The notes: generated by a model not told the origin, from the letters alone. Positions 47,725 to 58,548 are shown, counted from the first letter of the stretch. The stretch: DNA of 64,000 bases from Cenarchaeum sp. (GCA_965242695.1 CBDESU010000002.1:768001-832000); one strand, 5' to 3'. Numbers and translations: made by a program.

Positions 47725-48804
47725 ATGGCGGTGACGGTAGGCGACGACGAGTGGGCAAAGTACCCGTTCCTGGCCGGCTCCGGCGAGTACCTGCGCGACA
47801 AGGGCTTTACGCTCGAGCAGTTCGGCACAGACCCCGACCTGAAGGTGGTCGTCAGCCGCGCCCTCGAGCGGGTGATGGCCGCCGCATCCGGCAAAGTCTA
47901 CCGCTCCGGGATGGACGGCGGCTCAAGGGTTAGCGACCACGATCGACAGATCGAGATATTCTCGTTCCTGCTAGCCGTCGTCCTGCTGCGGCTCAGCGGC
48001 ATGGACACGCTAGTGCGCAGGTTCGCCCTCGCCGAGTCGCGCAGGGCCGAGGCGCACCTGGAGAGGGACCTGGGAGGCGGGGGCGGGGGAGGAAACCGCC
48101 CGCCCGACCCGTCAAAGACCGACCTGGCGGTCCGGCTGATCGGCGAGCTCTTCTCCGTGCCAGTCTCGCAGGCCGGCGGCGGCTTTGCCATATCCGTGCC
48201 CGACTACGTAAGGCATGCCGTAAAGTTCCACGAGGTCGAGTGGAAGCTCGTAAACCGGCGCGTCAGCGGAGGCCTTGTCCACCTGACCCGGCACGAGGTC
48301 ATCAGGCTCGTGCGCAGCGAGCTTGGCGACTACATACTGAACCGCGTAAGGTCGGCGCCCGTGCCGGACATGCTGCCGCACTTCGAGGCCCCCGTGGCCG
48401 AGCTCGTCGCCGTCGCCAAGAGGCTAGAGCCGGCCCCGCCGCCGCAGGCCGGCGCCGACGACGAGCCGCCCCCCTGCATCAAGCACGCCATGGCCGTGCT
48501 AGAGCGCGGCGAGAACCTGCCGCACTCGGGCCGGTTCATGCTCGCCACGTTCTTCATCAACCGCGGCTGGCCCATCGACAGGATCGCTCCAATGTTCAAG
48601 GGCGCGCCCGACTACAACGAGCGCATTACAATGTACCAGCTGCGGCACCTGTCCGGCGAGGGCTCGTCGGGCGGGACAAAGTACTCTTGCCCGTCGTGCA
48701 AGAAGCTGCAGGGCCAGGACCTGTGCTTTCCCGTCCCCGCGTGCGATGGAATATTCAGCCCGATGCAGTTCAAGGGGGAGGCCAAGGGCGATGCGTCCCC
48801 TTGA
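47725..48804 (+). CDS. priL: DNA primase large subunit
   Basis: KYPFL, PPCI, GENLPHSGRF, PDYNERIT.YQL.H, Y.CPSC.K Fe-S cysteines. Confidence 0.92.
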   Translation: MAVTVGDDEWAKYPFLAGSGEYLRDKGFTLEQFGTDPDLKVVVSRALERVMAAASGKVYRSGMDGGSRVSDHDRQIEIFSFLLAVVLLRLSGMDTLVRRFALAESRRAEAHLERDLGGGGGGGNRPPDPSKTDLAVRLIGELFSVPVSQAGGGFAISVPDYVRHAVKFHEVEWKLVNRRVSGGLVHLTRHEVIRLVRSELGDYILNRVRSAPVPDMLPHFEAPVAELVAVAKRLEPAPPPQAGADDEPPPCIKHAMAVLERGENLPHSGRFMLATFFINRGWPIDRIAPMFKGAPDYNERITMYQLRHLSGEGSSGGTKYSCPSCKKLQGQDLCFPVPACDGIFSPMQFKGEAKGDASP

Positions 48805-49984
48805 CGACGCGAGCGTACGCGCCGCCGAGGCGGCCTTCAAGGCGTACTACTTTGAGAACCTGGCCCGCATCCGCGCCCCCGTTCGGTCGCCGGAGCGCGA
48901 GTTCGGCTACCAGCGGTTCAACCTAGGGGGGATGATCCGCCACCAGCGCGCAAGGGACGACAAGGAGCTCCGCCTGCTCATAATGCGCAGCGCGCCGTCG
49001 GACATGTACGTCTCCAACGGCTACTACTCGTTCCCAGACCTGCCGATGAAGGAAAAGGACTGGCGCGGCGCCGACCTCATATTCGACATCGACGCAAAGG
49101 ACCTGGCCCTGCCGTGCCGCCCGTCGCATACGGCGCTCGTGTGCGGCGAGTGCGGGCTGGCGCGCATGCAAGGGGAGGGCGGAGGAGGCGGCGCCCCCGC
49201 CGGCGCGTGCCCCGGATGCGGCTCGGCCCGCCACGAGTCCGTCTCGCTTCCGTGCGCCGCGTGCGTCGACGGGGCCAAGAAGCAGGTGCGCCTCCTCGTG
49301 CGCCTCCTCGGCGAGGACCTCGGCGTGCCGCGCGAGTCCGTCACGGTATACTTTTCGGGCAACGAGGGGTTCCACGTGCACGCCGCCTGCGACCCATACG
49401 AGCCGCTCGGCACAAAGGAGCGCGGCGAGATCGCCGACTATCTCATGTTCAAGGGGGCCAAGGCAGACTCGTACGGGTTCAAGCGAAGCTCGAGGCCCGG
49501 ACGGGACGACCTGCCGGGCCACGACGAGGCGGGCTGGAGGGGGCGCGTGGCAAGGCACATCCTCGGGCCAAAGTCGGCGAGGGCAAAGTCCGCAGCCGCC
49601 GCAGCCCAGGCCGGGTACGCCGCGTACCAGGCGCGCCTCGAGGCCGCCTCGCAGGCCGTCGGCGCGCGCCTCGACAGGGCCGTCACGGCCGACGTCCACC
49701 GCATATTCCGCATGCCCGGCTCGCTCAGCGGCAAGTCGGGCCTGGCAAAGGCCGAGTGCGCCGACCTTGACGCGTTCAGCCCGTACGCCGACGCCTGCCT
49801 CATCGACGACGAGCCGGCCGACATCGTAGGCTTCGCGCCCGGCGTGCAGTTCCGGCTGCGAGGCAGGCGGTTCGGCCCCTACAAGCAGGGCGAGGAGGCC
49901 ACCGTCCCGCGCTACGCCGCCGCCTACATGATCTGCAAGCGCCTGGCGCGGGCGGCCCCTCCACCGCCCTCCCCCGCCTCCTAG
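48791..49984 (+). CDS. priS: DNA primase small (catalytic) subunit
   Basis: REFG, GADLIFDIDAKDL, YFSGNEGFHVH, VTADVHRIFRMPGSL. Confidence 0.93.
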   Translation: MRPLDDASVRAAEAAFKAYYFENLARIRAPVRSPEREFGYQRFNLGGMIRHQRARDDKELRLLIMRSAPSDMYVSNGYYSFPDLPMKEKDWRGADLIFDIDAKDLALPCRPSHTALVCGECGLARMQGEGGGGGAPAGACPGCGSARHESVSLPCAACVDGAKKQVRLLVRLLGEDLGVPRESVTVYFSGNEGFHVHAACDPYEPLGTKERGEIADYLMFKGAKADSYGFKRSSRPGRDDLPGHDEAGWRGRVARHILGPKSARAKSAAAAAQAGYAAYQARLEAASQAVGARLDRAVTADVHRIFRMPGSLSGKSGLAKAECADLDAFSPYADACLIDDEPADIVGFAPGVQFRLRGRRFGPYKQGEEATVPRYAAAYMICKRLARAAPPPPSPAS

Positions 49985-50070
49985 CCCGCCCTCCTAGCCG
50001 CGCTCGCGCGGGGGCGCCCCGCACCGGCCCCCCTAAGGCATTAAATTGCCCGCACGGGCGCGAGCGACCG

Positions 50071-52941
50071 TTGTATAGCGCCTCCACCGGCGAGTCGCGG
50101 CCCACGGACGCCGGCAAGTACGTCCGCTGGGGCATCGTCGGCGTCATCGCCCTGATCATAGTCGGCATCGTCGGCAACCAGGGCATCATGCTGTCGATGA
50201 ACGTCGGCGAGTTCGACGAGCAGTTCACGCGGCCCCTCTTCTACTCGGTCGCGTCCGCCGGCATCCTAGCGGCCATCGCGCTAGTCCGCGTCAACATCGC
50301 CTCGCGCTCGTCGATGCTCTGGTACACGATCACGACGGCCATCGTCGTCATGGGCAGGGGCGCCTCGAACGAGCCCGTCTCGAACAGCGTGGGCAGCTTC
50401 CGCTCGTACCGCATGGGCCCAGCCCAGTTCGTCCTGTGGCAGATCACAAAGGTGCTGCTGTTCGGCGCCTTCTTCACGAACGTCCTGTTCGGCTTTGCTG
50501 CCATGGAGGTCCTCGACGGCAACATGCTCGGCCTAGAGAACCTCCCCGCCCTGTTCTCCCTCCCGTTCGTCACGCCGCCGACCGACTCTGCGTACGCGGT
50601 CGACACCGTAATCCCGATGATGCCGGCCCTGCTCGTCCTCATACCGCCCATACTCGCCGCCGTCGGCCTGCGGCTCGTCCTGTACGTCGGCCTGCACTCG
50701 ATAATCGGCGTCATTACGTCGTACATCTCGGACACGTCCAGCGGCAAGCCGCGCTACCTAAACTACGTCTCGACCATAGAGGCCGTCATCGGCATCACCA
50801 TACTGTGGTCCGCCTTCAACATGTTCTTTACCGACCAGATAGACTACAACACGCGCTACGTCATCGCCGGCACCCTCCTCGCGGGGTTCGCGATGATCGC
50901 CTTCTCGCTGACCGACCGCTACCGCGCGCGCGTCCTCACCCACATGCTAAAGCGCGACGTGTGGGTGCGATTCCTGACGCTCATCGCCGTCGGCATCATC
51001 GTCCTTGCCATAGTCTCCGTAAACGACAGCATTGCGGATGCGCGCAAGATAGAGTACCTCGGCCCCTACACGGCGCAGCAGATCGGCGTGAACCGCTACC
51101 TTGCCGAGCTCGACAACGTCGTAGAGCACTCGCACGACGTAGAGCTCCACTCGATATCTGCCAACGCCATCTCGTCGTACGTCGACCAGAACGCCGACCT
51201 GCTCGGAGCCATACGCGTGTGGGACTGGGAGGCCGCGTACGCAAAGCTAAAGCCCGAGATCGGGCTCATCCCGTACGTCGACTTTGAGGACAACGACATA
51301 CTCCGGTTCAACGACTCGCTGTACTGGACCGCATCGATGAAGCCCATACTGCCGCCGTCGGTCGCCGCCGGCGACCAGTGGTACAACGAGCACCTCGTGT
51401 ACACGCACGTTCCCAACGGATTCTTGACGCTCGACGCGACCGAGGGGCAGATCGTAGACAGCGCCGAGTTCTTCTCGCAGCGGGCCATATACTACGGCGA
51501 GGGCGGCCTGCTCGACGAGCAGTGGTCGGCGTACCCCGAGAACCGCGGGGCCGAGACGGACGAGGTCGACGACGCGCAGTACGACGGGGCCGGCGGGCTG
51601 ACGCTGCCGCCGCCGATGAGCTGGGTCTTCGAGCCGAACTTCCTCGTCTCCTACCCCGGCGAGCCGGTCCACATCATGCGCTACAAGGACATCAACTCGC
51701 GCATGGAGGCGCTCTACCCGTACTTTGTCTACAACTTCTTCGACAAGGAGCTCGACTCGTACCCCGTCACGGACGGGACCGACTCGTACTGGCTCGTACC
51801 GCTCATATTCGGCGTGCGCGCCGACGCCGTGCCGTGGGCGTCAAACAACCACTACATACGGCTTGTCGGGTACGCGCTCATCGACACGTACGACGGCGAC
51901 ATCACGCTGCTAAAGGTCGGCGACGACTTTTTCACCGAGATGTTCGAGAGCCAGTACGGCGAAAAGTTCGAGGAGATACCCGCCTGGCTCGGCAGCCAGA
52001 TGAGGTACCCCGCCGAGCTGTTCAACTGGAAGACGAGCATGTACAACTTTTACCACGTCACGGACGTAGAGACGTACATACAGGCAAACGAGTTCTACGA
52101 GATACCGCGCGGGCTGGACACGTACTACATCGAGGCCAAGCCGCCGGGGTTTGAAGAGTCCGAGTTTGTCGGGCTGCTCTCGCTCGAGCTGAAGGGATCG
52201 CAGGGGCGCAACCTCGCCGGGTTCATGATCGTGCAGAACGACCAGCCCGACCTCGGCCAGATGCAGTTCTACGAGGTGCCGCTCAACTCTTCGACAAAGC
52301 TGATCGGGCCGACCGCCGTGCGCGAGGCGCTCGACCGCGACCCCGACTTTGCGCAGCTAAAGACGCTCCTGCGCAACCCGCGCATCGGCGACAACATACT
52401 GTACAGGGTCGGCCAGCACGACACGTACTTTATCCCCGTGTACACGGCCGGCGCCGGCGGCGTAGTGGCCCAGCTCGGCACTATTGCCGCCGTCGGGGCC
52501 GCGTTCACCGGCGAGTACCACGTGGGCCTCGGCGAGACGCAGCAGGAGGCGTTTACGGCGTACCTGCAAAAGCTCTCCGGCGTGCCGCCGTCGATGACAT
52601 TCTCGAACGGCGGCGCCGGCGCGCCCGACGAGCTGACGCGCGACGAGCGCATCGAGATCGTCCGGTCGCTGTTCGACGCAGAGGGCGTCGACGTCGCCGA
52701 GCCCACGTCCATACGGATACCCATATCGTTCAGCGAGGGCGAGACGTTCTTCTTCACGGACGCCGAGCGCGAGGATGCAGAGGAGCTCGTCGCCGGGTTC
52801 ATCGACGACTTTGTCCAGCCGCGCGCCGACCGCGTCTTCATGTGGGAGGACGAGGGCGAGAACACGTTCAACTTTGGGACCGTGGTCATCCGCGACAGCA
52901 TAGCCCAGATGCACTACATTACGGTCGAGATCGGCAGCTAG
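50071..52941 (+). CDS. UPF0182-family membrane protein
   Basis: Multiple N-terminal TM helices; IRVWDW, NEHLVYTH, IYYGE, RYPAELF. Confidence 0.88.
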   Translation: MYSASTGESRPTDAGKYVRWGIVGVIALIIVGIVGNQGIMLSMNVGEFDEQFTRPLFYSVASAGILAAIALVRVNIASRSSMLWYTITTAIVVMGRGASNEPVSNSVGSFRSYRMGPAQFVLWQITKVLLFGAFFTNVLFGFAAMEVLDGNMLGLENLPALFSLPFVTPPTDSAYAVDTVIPMMPALLVLIPPILAAVGLRLVLYVGLHSIIGVITSYISDTSSGKPRYLNYVSTIEAVIGITILWSAFNMFFTDQIDYNTRYVIAGTLLAGFAMIAFSLTDRYRARVLTHMLKRDVWVRFLTLIAVGIIVLAIVSVNDSIADARKIEYLGPYTAQQIGVNRYLAELDNVVEHSHDVELHSISANAISSYVDQNADLLGAIRVWDWEAAYAKLKPEIGLIPYVDFEDNDILRFNDSLYWTASMKPILPPSVAAGDQWYNEHLVYTHVPNGFLTLDATEGQIVDSAEFFSQRAIYYGEGGLLDEQWSAYPENRGAETDEVDDAQYDGAGGLTLPPPMSWVFEPNFLVSYPGEPVHIMRYKDINSRMEALYPYFVYNFFDKELDSYPVTDGTDSYWLVPLIFGVRADAVPWASNNHYIRLVGYALIDTYDGDITLLKVGDDFFTEMFESQYGEKFEEIPAWLGSQMRYPAELFNWKTSMYNFYHVTDVETYIQANEFYEIPRGLDTYYIEAKPPGFEESEFVGLLSLELKGSQGRNLAGFMIVQNDQPDLGQMQFYEVPLNSSTKLIGPTAVREALDRDPDFAQLKTLLRNPRIGDNILYRVGQHDTYFIPVYTAGAGGVVAQLGTIAAVGAAFTGEYHVGLGETQQEAFTAYLQKLSGVPPSMTFSNGGAGAPDELTRDERIEIVRSLFDAEGVDVAEPTSIRIPISFSEGETFFFTDAEREDAEELVAGFIDDFVQPRADRVFMWEDEGENTFNFGTVVIRDSIAQMHYITVEIGS

Positions 52942-53288
52942 GGGAGGCCGTCCTGGCGGCCGGAATAGCCGGACGACATCTAGAATGGGGGCCTCTTGCC
53001 GCCCCGGCTGCGATGGGTGGGGGGGGGGGGGGCTGTGCATGCTGCTCATGGCCGAGGAGGGCGCGCTCGACGCAATGGCTGAGATGCTTGGACGCGCAAT
53101 GCGCCGCGCCACCGGCCCCTGTCCAATGAACGCGGTGGCAGCCCCGGGGAAGGGCGCCTTCCCGCCCTGTGTCCGCCCGCCTGCACGCAGAATGCCCGCC
53201 CCTGCGCGGCCGGAGCCGCTCCCGGCCCCCTGTTTGCGCGCGGCCGGGCGATGAAATCTAAATAGGGAGCGCCCCCCGCCCGCCCGCG

Positions 53289-53777
53289 ATGGGCAAAGGC
53301 GGCGGCAAAAAGAGCAACCCGCTCCGCGACATGGCCGAGATGCTTGCGGCCGCCAGGGACAGCCACAATCTAGCGGCCGAGGCGGTGCTCCGGGCCTACA
53401 AGGATGCCGACGGCGCGGATCCTCATTCCGTAGCGGCCGGCGCGGCCGTCGCATGCGCCCACATGGAGGCCGCGTCGAGGTACATGGAGGCGGCGAGCCT
53501 GCTGACGCGCGGCATAGGGCTGAGCAGCTGCGGCAATCTGCACACGACCTACCTCCGCCGCATCGCATCGCTCGTCGGCCGATCCGCATCGCTCTCGGCC
53601 AAGTCGTCCAAGATCATGGGGAGCCTGCCCGACGTTGACCAGGACGAGCACGAGGAGATTGCCGACAGCATGCGCCTGGCCAAGAGGCTGGCGGCAGAAA
53701 GCGCGGGGCGGGCCCGGGCGGCCTACGATGGCATGCGCACGATGAACGACACGGACAAGGGCCGCGCCGCCGACTAG
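53289..53777 (+). CDS. Helical hypothetical protein
   Basis: CTAAATA box ~53258; shares AVA.AHMEAA.RY..AA.LL.R and RRI..L.GRSA.LSA with the 56127-56660 ORF. Confidence 0.7.
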   Translation: MGKGGGKKSNPLRDMAEMLAAARDSHNLAAEAVLRAYKDADGADPHSVAAGAAVACAHMEAASRYMEAASLLTRGIGLSSCGNLHTTYLRRIASLVGRSASLSAKSSKIMGSLPDVDQDEHEEIADSMRLAKRLAAESAGRARAAYDGMRTMNDTDKGRAAD

Positions 53778-54526
53778 CCGGCCGGCCGGGAGCGGGCTGG
53801 CGCCCCTGCACATGCATGGCCGCATGCGGGCGTCCGCGCAGGGCAGCGCCGAGAATGCCGCCCGCCTTGGACTTGGGGACGGCGCCCGCCGCGCTTGAAA
53901 CGGCCGGCCGAGGCGCTTCCTGTCGTGCACATGCGCAGGGAACGGCGCGCGCCCCTGCGGTGGCGCCATGGGGGACACCTGACGCGGCCCGGCCGCGCAG
54001 CCCGGCGCGCCGCCGCTTCCGCCGAGACATGCGGCATCTCAAGGCCGTGCGGAGCAGCCTCGCCGCATGCCCGTCCCGCCGCCGCCTGCCGCGACGCGCC
54101 CGCGACGCCCTGCCTAGATGCCGATCTTACTCTCGGTGGCCTAGTGCTACAGGCCGGCCGCTCGGGCCGGCGCCGCTGTGTCGACTTGGCGCCGCCGGAT
54201 CCGCTCCTGCAACCCCGCCGCACGGCTTTGGGGACGCTGGCGGGGAGCTTTAGCGCCCGAACCGCCATAGGTTGCGACGGGCCGCATGGCAGGCACTGCC
54301 CTAGATGGCACGGCGGTGGGGTGGCAAGGGGGATAGCAAGCTGAACAATGTATAGTCCGCCTTTTATACAAAAAGGTGGGCGCTGGATCAAGGACATGGC
54401 ACACGAAAAATTCGCACTGATTGCGTTGCTGGCCGCATCGGCCCTTGCGCCGCCGGCCATGTCGCTGCACAACGAAGAACGTGCTGGAAAACAGCGCGCC
54501 GGACGCCAATCTTGCATTTCTTAACC

Positions 54527-56098
54527 ATGCTTGCCTTGATGCTGCTGGCTGCGGCAGCGGCCGTGGCCGGCGGAGGGGGCGAGGCGGCCGACGGGCTGGC
54601 CGAGTCGTGCGCGGGCGTTCAGGCCCGGGCCCCGCCGACGTACGAACAGAACAGGCGGCCCAGCTTTTGCGAGACCGCCGTGTGGATAGCCGCCGCCGGC
54701 CTGAACGGCCGGGCGCTGGAGGATCCCGGCTTTTGGTCCGCGTTCGCGTCCGACAGGGCCGCGCGCCTTGTCGAGGGAGGAGGATTCTACGGGCACCGCG
54801 TAGACCTAGACACGGTCGAGATCGTCCCGTCCGTGTCTGATCCCGCCGCCTCTTTCCCGCCCAGCGTCAACGTCACGATCCGGTTCGACCACGGCCCGCC
54901 CACCGGCAGGGGACCCTGCCCCGAGGTCGTATGGCCCGCGTCCTGCGGCGGGGGCGGCAGCTTCGAGCAGACCTACACGATGAACGAAGACTACAACTTT
55001 GACTTTTGGACGCAGCCGTACCTAGTCGACGGCAGGTCCGCCCTCGGCTCGACGGTCACGTGCATCGCGGGGTTCTACTTGGACACCGACGCCAGCGCCT
55101 GCCTGCCCCTTTCCAGGTGCCCGTCCGGCTCTGCTCTGTACGACGGCGTGTGCATTACGTGGAAGGCATGCAGGGGAGAGCGCGATGCGTACGTCATTGA
55201 CGGCGAGAGATGGGAGTGCCCGCCCGACCAAATCCGCGACCTGCTGATCGATAGTTACGTGCACCCCTCGCACAGCCTGCCGGTCATCACGGGCCATACG
55301 CCCGCCGAGTGGGTCGCCTCGTGCGTTGACGCGGCGGCCCACCCGCCTCCCGCCGGAGACCTGGCATCCGATCCAGCCTACGTCTTTTGCGGCTCCGTCG
55401 CCGCCCACGGCATAACCCCGCCGGACGCGCAGCGGATAGCCTCCGAGGTCGACTGGGCCGCATACGCGGAGCAGGACGCGCTGCACTTTGTCGACGGGTG
55501 GGGGTTCTACCAGCACTACGGCGAGAAGGGCACGCTGGAGGTAGTCCCAGCCGTGGCCGCGGGCGGCAGCGAGGGCGCCGTGCCCGAGATGTCCGCCACG
55601 GTGCGATTCGACTATCGGGACCACAGGCCCTATCTGGATGGCGGGCTGGATGCGGGCACGTTCGAGTATACGTTCGATGTGCGCATGCCCCCGGGCGACC
55701 GCACACTACCCGCCATGATCGACGGGGCGGAGGCGCCGGGCGCCGACATAGAATGCCCCGACGACTACACCAACATCTTTGATCCCACCGGGTGCTCGTA
55801 CCTTGACGACTGCTATGACGGCACCATGCACGATGGAATTTGCGAGTATATTATCGTATGCGACTACATGCACGATGGTTCATGGGTGCTCTGCCCCGCG
55901 ACTGCGGAAGAGCGCGACGAGCTGATCAGGCAGTACACCGGAGTGTGGAATCCAGACATTCTGCCGGCGCTGAGGGGGCTGTTCTTCCTTGCCGCAATTG
56001 TCTCGCTGCCCGTCCTGCTCTGGCGCTGGCGGAGAAAGAGGCGGCGGCAGCGGCGCGAGGCGGCATCTGCGGCCGGCCGGCCGGCCGGCGCTACCTAG
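54527..56098 (+). CDS. Membrane-anchored extracellular Cys-rich protein with an internal duplication
   Basis: Signal peptide, two homologous halves, C-terminal TM plus poly-Arg stop-transfer. Confidence 0.8.
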   Translation: MLALMLLAAAAAVAGGGGEAADGLAESCAGVQARAPPTYEQNRRPSFCETAVWIAAAGLNGRALEDPGFWSAFASDRAARLVEGGGFYGHRVDLDTVEIVPSVSDPAASFPPSVNVTIRFDHGPPTGRGPCPEVVWPASCGGGGSFEQTYTMNEDYNFDFWTQPYLVDGRSALGSTVTCIAGFYLDTDASACLPLSRCPSGSALYDGVCITWKACRGERDAYVIDGERWECPPDQIRDLLIDSYVHPSHSLPVITGHTPAEWVASCVDAAAHPPPAGDLASDPAYVFCGSVAAHGITPPDAQRIASEVDWAAYAEQDALHFVDGWGFYQHYGEKGTLEVVPAVAAGGSEGAVPEMSATVRFDYRDHRPYLDGGLDAGTFEYTFDVRMPPGDRTLPAMIDGAEAPGADIECPDDYTNIFDPTGCSYLDDCYDGTMHDGICEYIIVCDYMHDGSWVLCPATAEERDELIRQYTGVWNPDILPALRGLFFLAAIVSLPVLLWRWRRKRRRQRREAASAAGRPAGAT

Positions 56099-56126
56099 AT
56101 TAGGCGCCCCTCGAGGGCCCGCCCCG

Positions 56127-56660
56127 TTGAATGCAGGCGATAGCGCGCCAGGCGGCATCCATCCCCTCCCCTCCCCGCCCAAGCTTGCCCCGCTGCTTGC
56201 CACCCTTGGGTCCTCCCACCGGAGTGTGGCCGCGCTGGCCCACTCTACGCACAAGGTGGCCGTCGCAACGGGCGCACACCTTGTCGCCGCCGAGATGGCC
56301 GTCGCTAGCGCCCACATGGAGGCGGCAGCGCGGTACGACCGCGCAGCGCACCTGCTGGCGCGCCGCATCGACTCGAGCACCATCAGCCGTAGCGCCCTGT
56401 CCGCCGCATACGGCCGGCGCATCATGGCGCTGCTCGGCCGGTCCGCCGCCCTTTCGGCCAGGACGTCGAGGATCGCGGCGCGCATGTCGAGGCGCGTTCC
56501 CGACGGCGGGTTAGCATCCGCCTGCGATATGCGCGATACCAGTAGCGCAATAGAGGAAAACGCGCGCCTGACCCGCGAGACTCGCGAGTCTACCCGCGAA
56601 AACCTCTCCTTACGGGCCAAGATTGTCGCCCTCCGCGAGCGGACTGCCCGCCCGGCTTGA
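56127..56660 (+). CDS. Helical hypothetical protein, paralogue of 53289-53777
   Basis: EMAVASAHMEAAARYDRAAHLLAR; start uncertain. Confidence 0.6.
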   Translation: MNAGDSAPGGIHPLPSPPKLAPLLATLGSSHRSVAALAHSTHKVAVATGAHLVAAEMAVASAHMEAAARYDRAAHLLARRIDSSTISRSALSAAYGRRIMALLGRSAALSARTSRIAARMSRRVPDGGLASACDMRDTSSAIEENARLTRETRESTRENLSLRAKIVALRERTARPA

Positions 56661-56689
56661 CCGCCGCCGCCCGCTGCCAACACGGTAAT

Positions 56690-56881
56690 ATGGCTCCCAA
56701 TATTCCGCGCCGCATGGGCGGATGGGGCAGGTGCCCGTGCTGCAAGGCAGGCAAGGATCTCACCGAGCACCACGACAAGGATGTGGGGAAAAAGTTCCTG
56801 CTCTGCCGTGAGTGCCACGACGTCGTTGAGGCGTACATACGGCTCGTTGACGGCTACAGGGACTCTGCCGAAAAGGAGTGA
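56690..56881 (+). CDS. Small HNH-like zinc-binding protein
   Basis: CPCC...LTEHH...LCRECHD. Confidence 0.6.
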   Translation: MAPNIPRRMGGWGRCPCCKAGKDLTEHHDKDVGKKFLLCRECHDVVEAYIRLVDGYRDSAEKE

Positions 56882-56985
56882 CCCCGCCGCCCCCGGGCGC
56901 CGGCGGGCCCCCGCCCCTGGGATCGGCACCTCCCGCATCCCCCGCCCCCCAAGCTTAATTTCCGCCCGCCGCCCCACGCGCCCCC

Positions 56986-57543
56986 ATGCTCCTCGTGCTC
57001 GACAACGGCTCGGAATTTACGCCCGAGATCGCCGGCGCGCTGTCCGCCGCCGCCGTGCACTTCGAGTCTCGTACCGCCGCCGACCCGAAAGCCTGGGACG
57101 CCGCCCTCTCTGCAGCCTCCTACGTGCTGTCGGGACGCCGGCGCAACGACAGGCGCATGAACGCGTTAAACTCGCGCATCATACGCCACGCCATATCGTC
57201 GCGCCGCCCCCTTCTCGGCATCTGCTACGGCGCCGAGATGCTCGCCCTGTCCGCGGGCGGGACGATCCGCCGCATGCCCGAGCCCCACCGCGGCACCGAG
57301 ATTGTCGAGGCCGTCCGTGACAGCCCGCTGCTCCCCGCCGGCTCTGCAATAGGGGTCCGCGAGCAGCACCGCTACGAGATCGCCCGGCTCGGCTCGCTGG
57401 AGCGGCTTGGCGGATCCGCAAGGTGCGCCAACGAGCTCGTCCGGCTCGGCCGCACGCACGTCTACGGCGCGCAGTTCCACCCCGAGGCGACGCCCGACGG
57501 CCGCCGCATCCTGGAGCGGTTCGCCGCGCTCAAGGGTTATTAG
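56986..57543 (+). CDS. Class I glutamine amidotransferase (GMP synthase subunit A-like)
   Basis: LDNGS, LLGICYGAE, AQFHPE. Confidence 0.88.
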   Translation: MLLVLDNGSEFTPEIAGALSAAAVHFESRTAADPKAWDAALSAASYVLSGRRRNDRRMNALNSRIIRHAISSRRPLLGICYGAEMLALSAGGTIRRMPEPHRGTEIVEAVRDSPLLPAGSAIGVREQHRYEIARLGSLERLGGSARCANELVRLGRTHVYGAQFHPEATPDGRRILERFAALKGY

Positions 57544-57567
57544 CTTGCCTTGCCCCGCCCCGCCCGC

Positions 57568-58539
57568 ATGGCTACCGAGCGCGAGCTTGTACTGCCCCCC
57601 GTCCGCGACGAGAACGCGTGCCTCCCGCTCGCCGTAAACGCGGTCGCATCGTACTGGGGGATAGGGCTGCCGGCCGACGAGGCGGCCGCGCTCTGCTCAA
57701 AGTACCCCGGAACGGCCGGAAGCATACTGATCGAGGGGATCGAGCTTGCCGAGCGGCACGGCCTGTCCGCGGCAGTCCTGCGCTCGGACATGGCCGGCCT
57801 CCGCTCGCTCGTCGACTCGGCCGTCCCTCCCATAGTGATCATACCCGGCGTGAAGAACGTCGTCCAGCACGCCTCCGTCATATCGGGCTACGACGACTCG
57901 TCCGGGCGCGTAATGCACTACATCCCCGACCAGGATCCCGAGGGCGACGGGTTCCGGGTCGGCATGATCCCGTACGGCCAGTTCGACTCGATATGGTCCG
58001 AGGACGGGCGCATCGCCGTCGCGCTCGCCCCGCCGGGCGCATCGCCCGAGATCGACTCGGCGCTTTCCACGGCGGAGGCGCGCTCGAACCGCCTGTGCTT
58101 TGCATCCGAGCGCGCCTCGCTGCTCGGCGACCAGGAGGGGGCCGTCCGCATGCTCTCCGAGGCCGTCGCGCTCGACGGGGACAGCACGGTGGCCCACTCT
58201 CTGCTCGGCTCGGCCCTCAACGCGCAGGGCTCGGCAGACTGCGTCGCCTCGTACGAGAGGAGCATCGAGCTCAACCCGGGGTCGTTCCTCTCGCACAGGG
58301 GCCTCGGCAACTACTACCTAAAGGCCGGCAGGCACGCCGACGCCGAGCGCCACTACACGGCGGCCCTGGACATCAACCCGTCCCGGTACGCGCCGCTCTA
58401 CAAGAACAGGGCCGTCGCGCGCTCTAGCCTGCCCGGCAGGGACGCCCTTGCCCGCGACGACCTCAAGGCGTACCTGAGGCGGATGCCGGACGCGGCCGAC
58501 TCGGACTCCATCCTGAGGGCCATCGACGAGCTGTCCTGA
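57568..58539 (+). CDS. Peptidase C39-like domain + TPR protein
   Basis: ENACLPLA (Cys), QHASVISGYD (His), C-terminal TPRs. Confidence 0.75.
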   Translation: MATERELVLPPVRDENACLPLAVNAVASYWGIGLPADEAAALCSKYPGTAGSILIEGIELAERHGLSAAVLRSDMAGLRSLVDSAVPPIVIIPGVKNVVQHASVISGYDDSSGRVMHYIPDQDPEGDGFRVGMIPYGQFDSIWSEDGRIAVALAPPGASPEIDSALSTAEARSNRLCFASERASLLGDQEGAVRMLSEAVALDGDSTVAHSLLGSALNAQGSADCVASYERSIELNPGSFLSHRGLGNYYLKAGRHADAERHYTAALDINPSRYAPLYKNRAVARSSLPGRDALARDDLKAYLRRMPDAADSDSILRAIDELS

Positions 58540-58548
58540 CTGTAGTAT

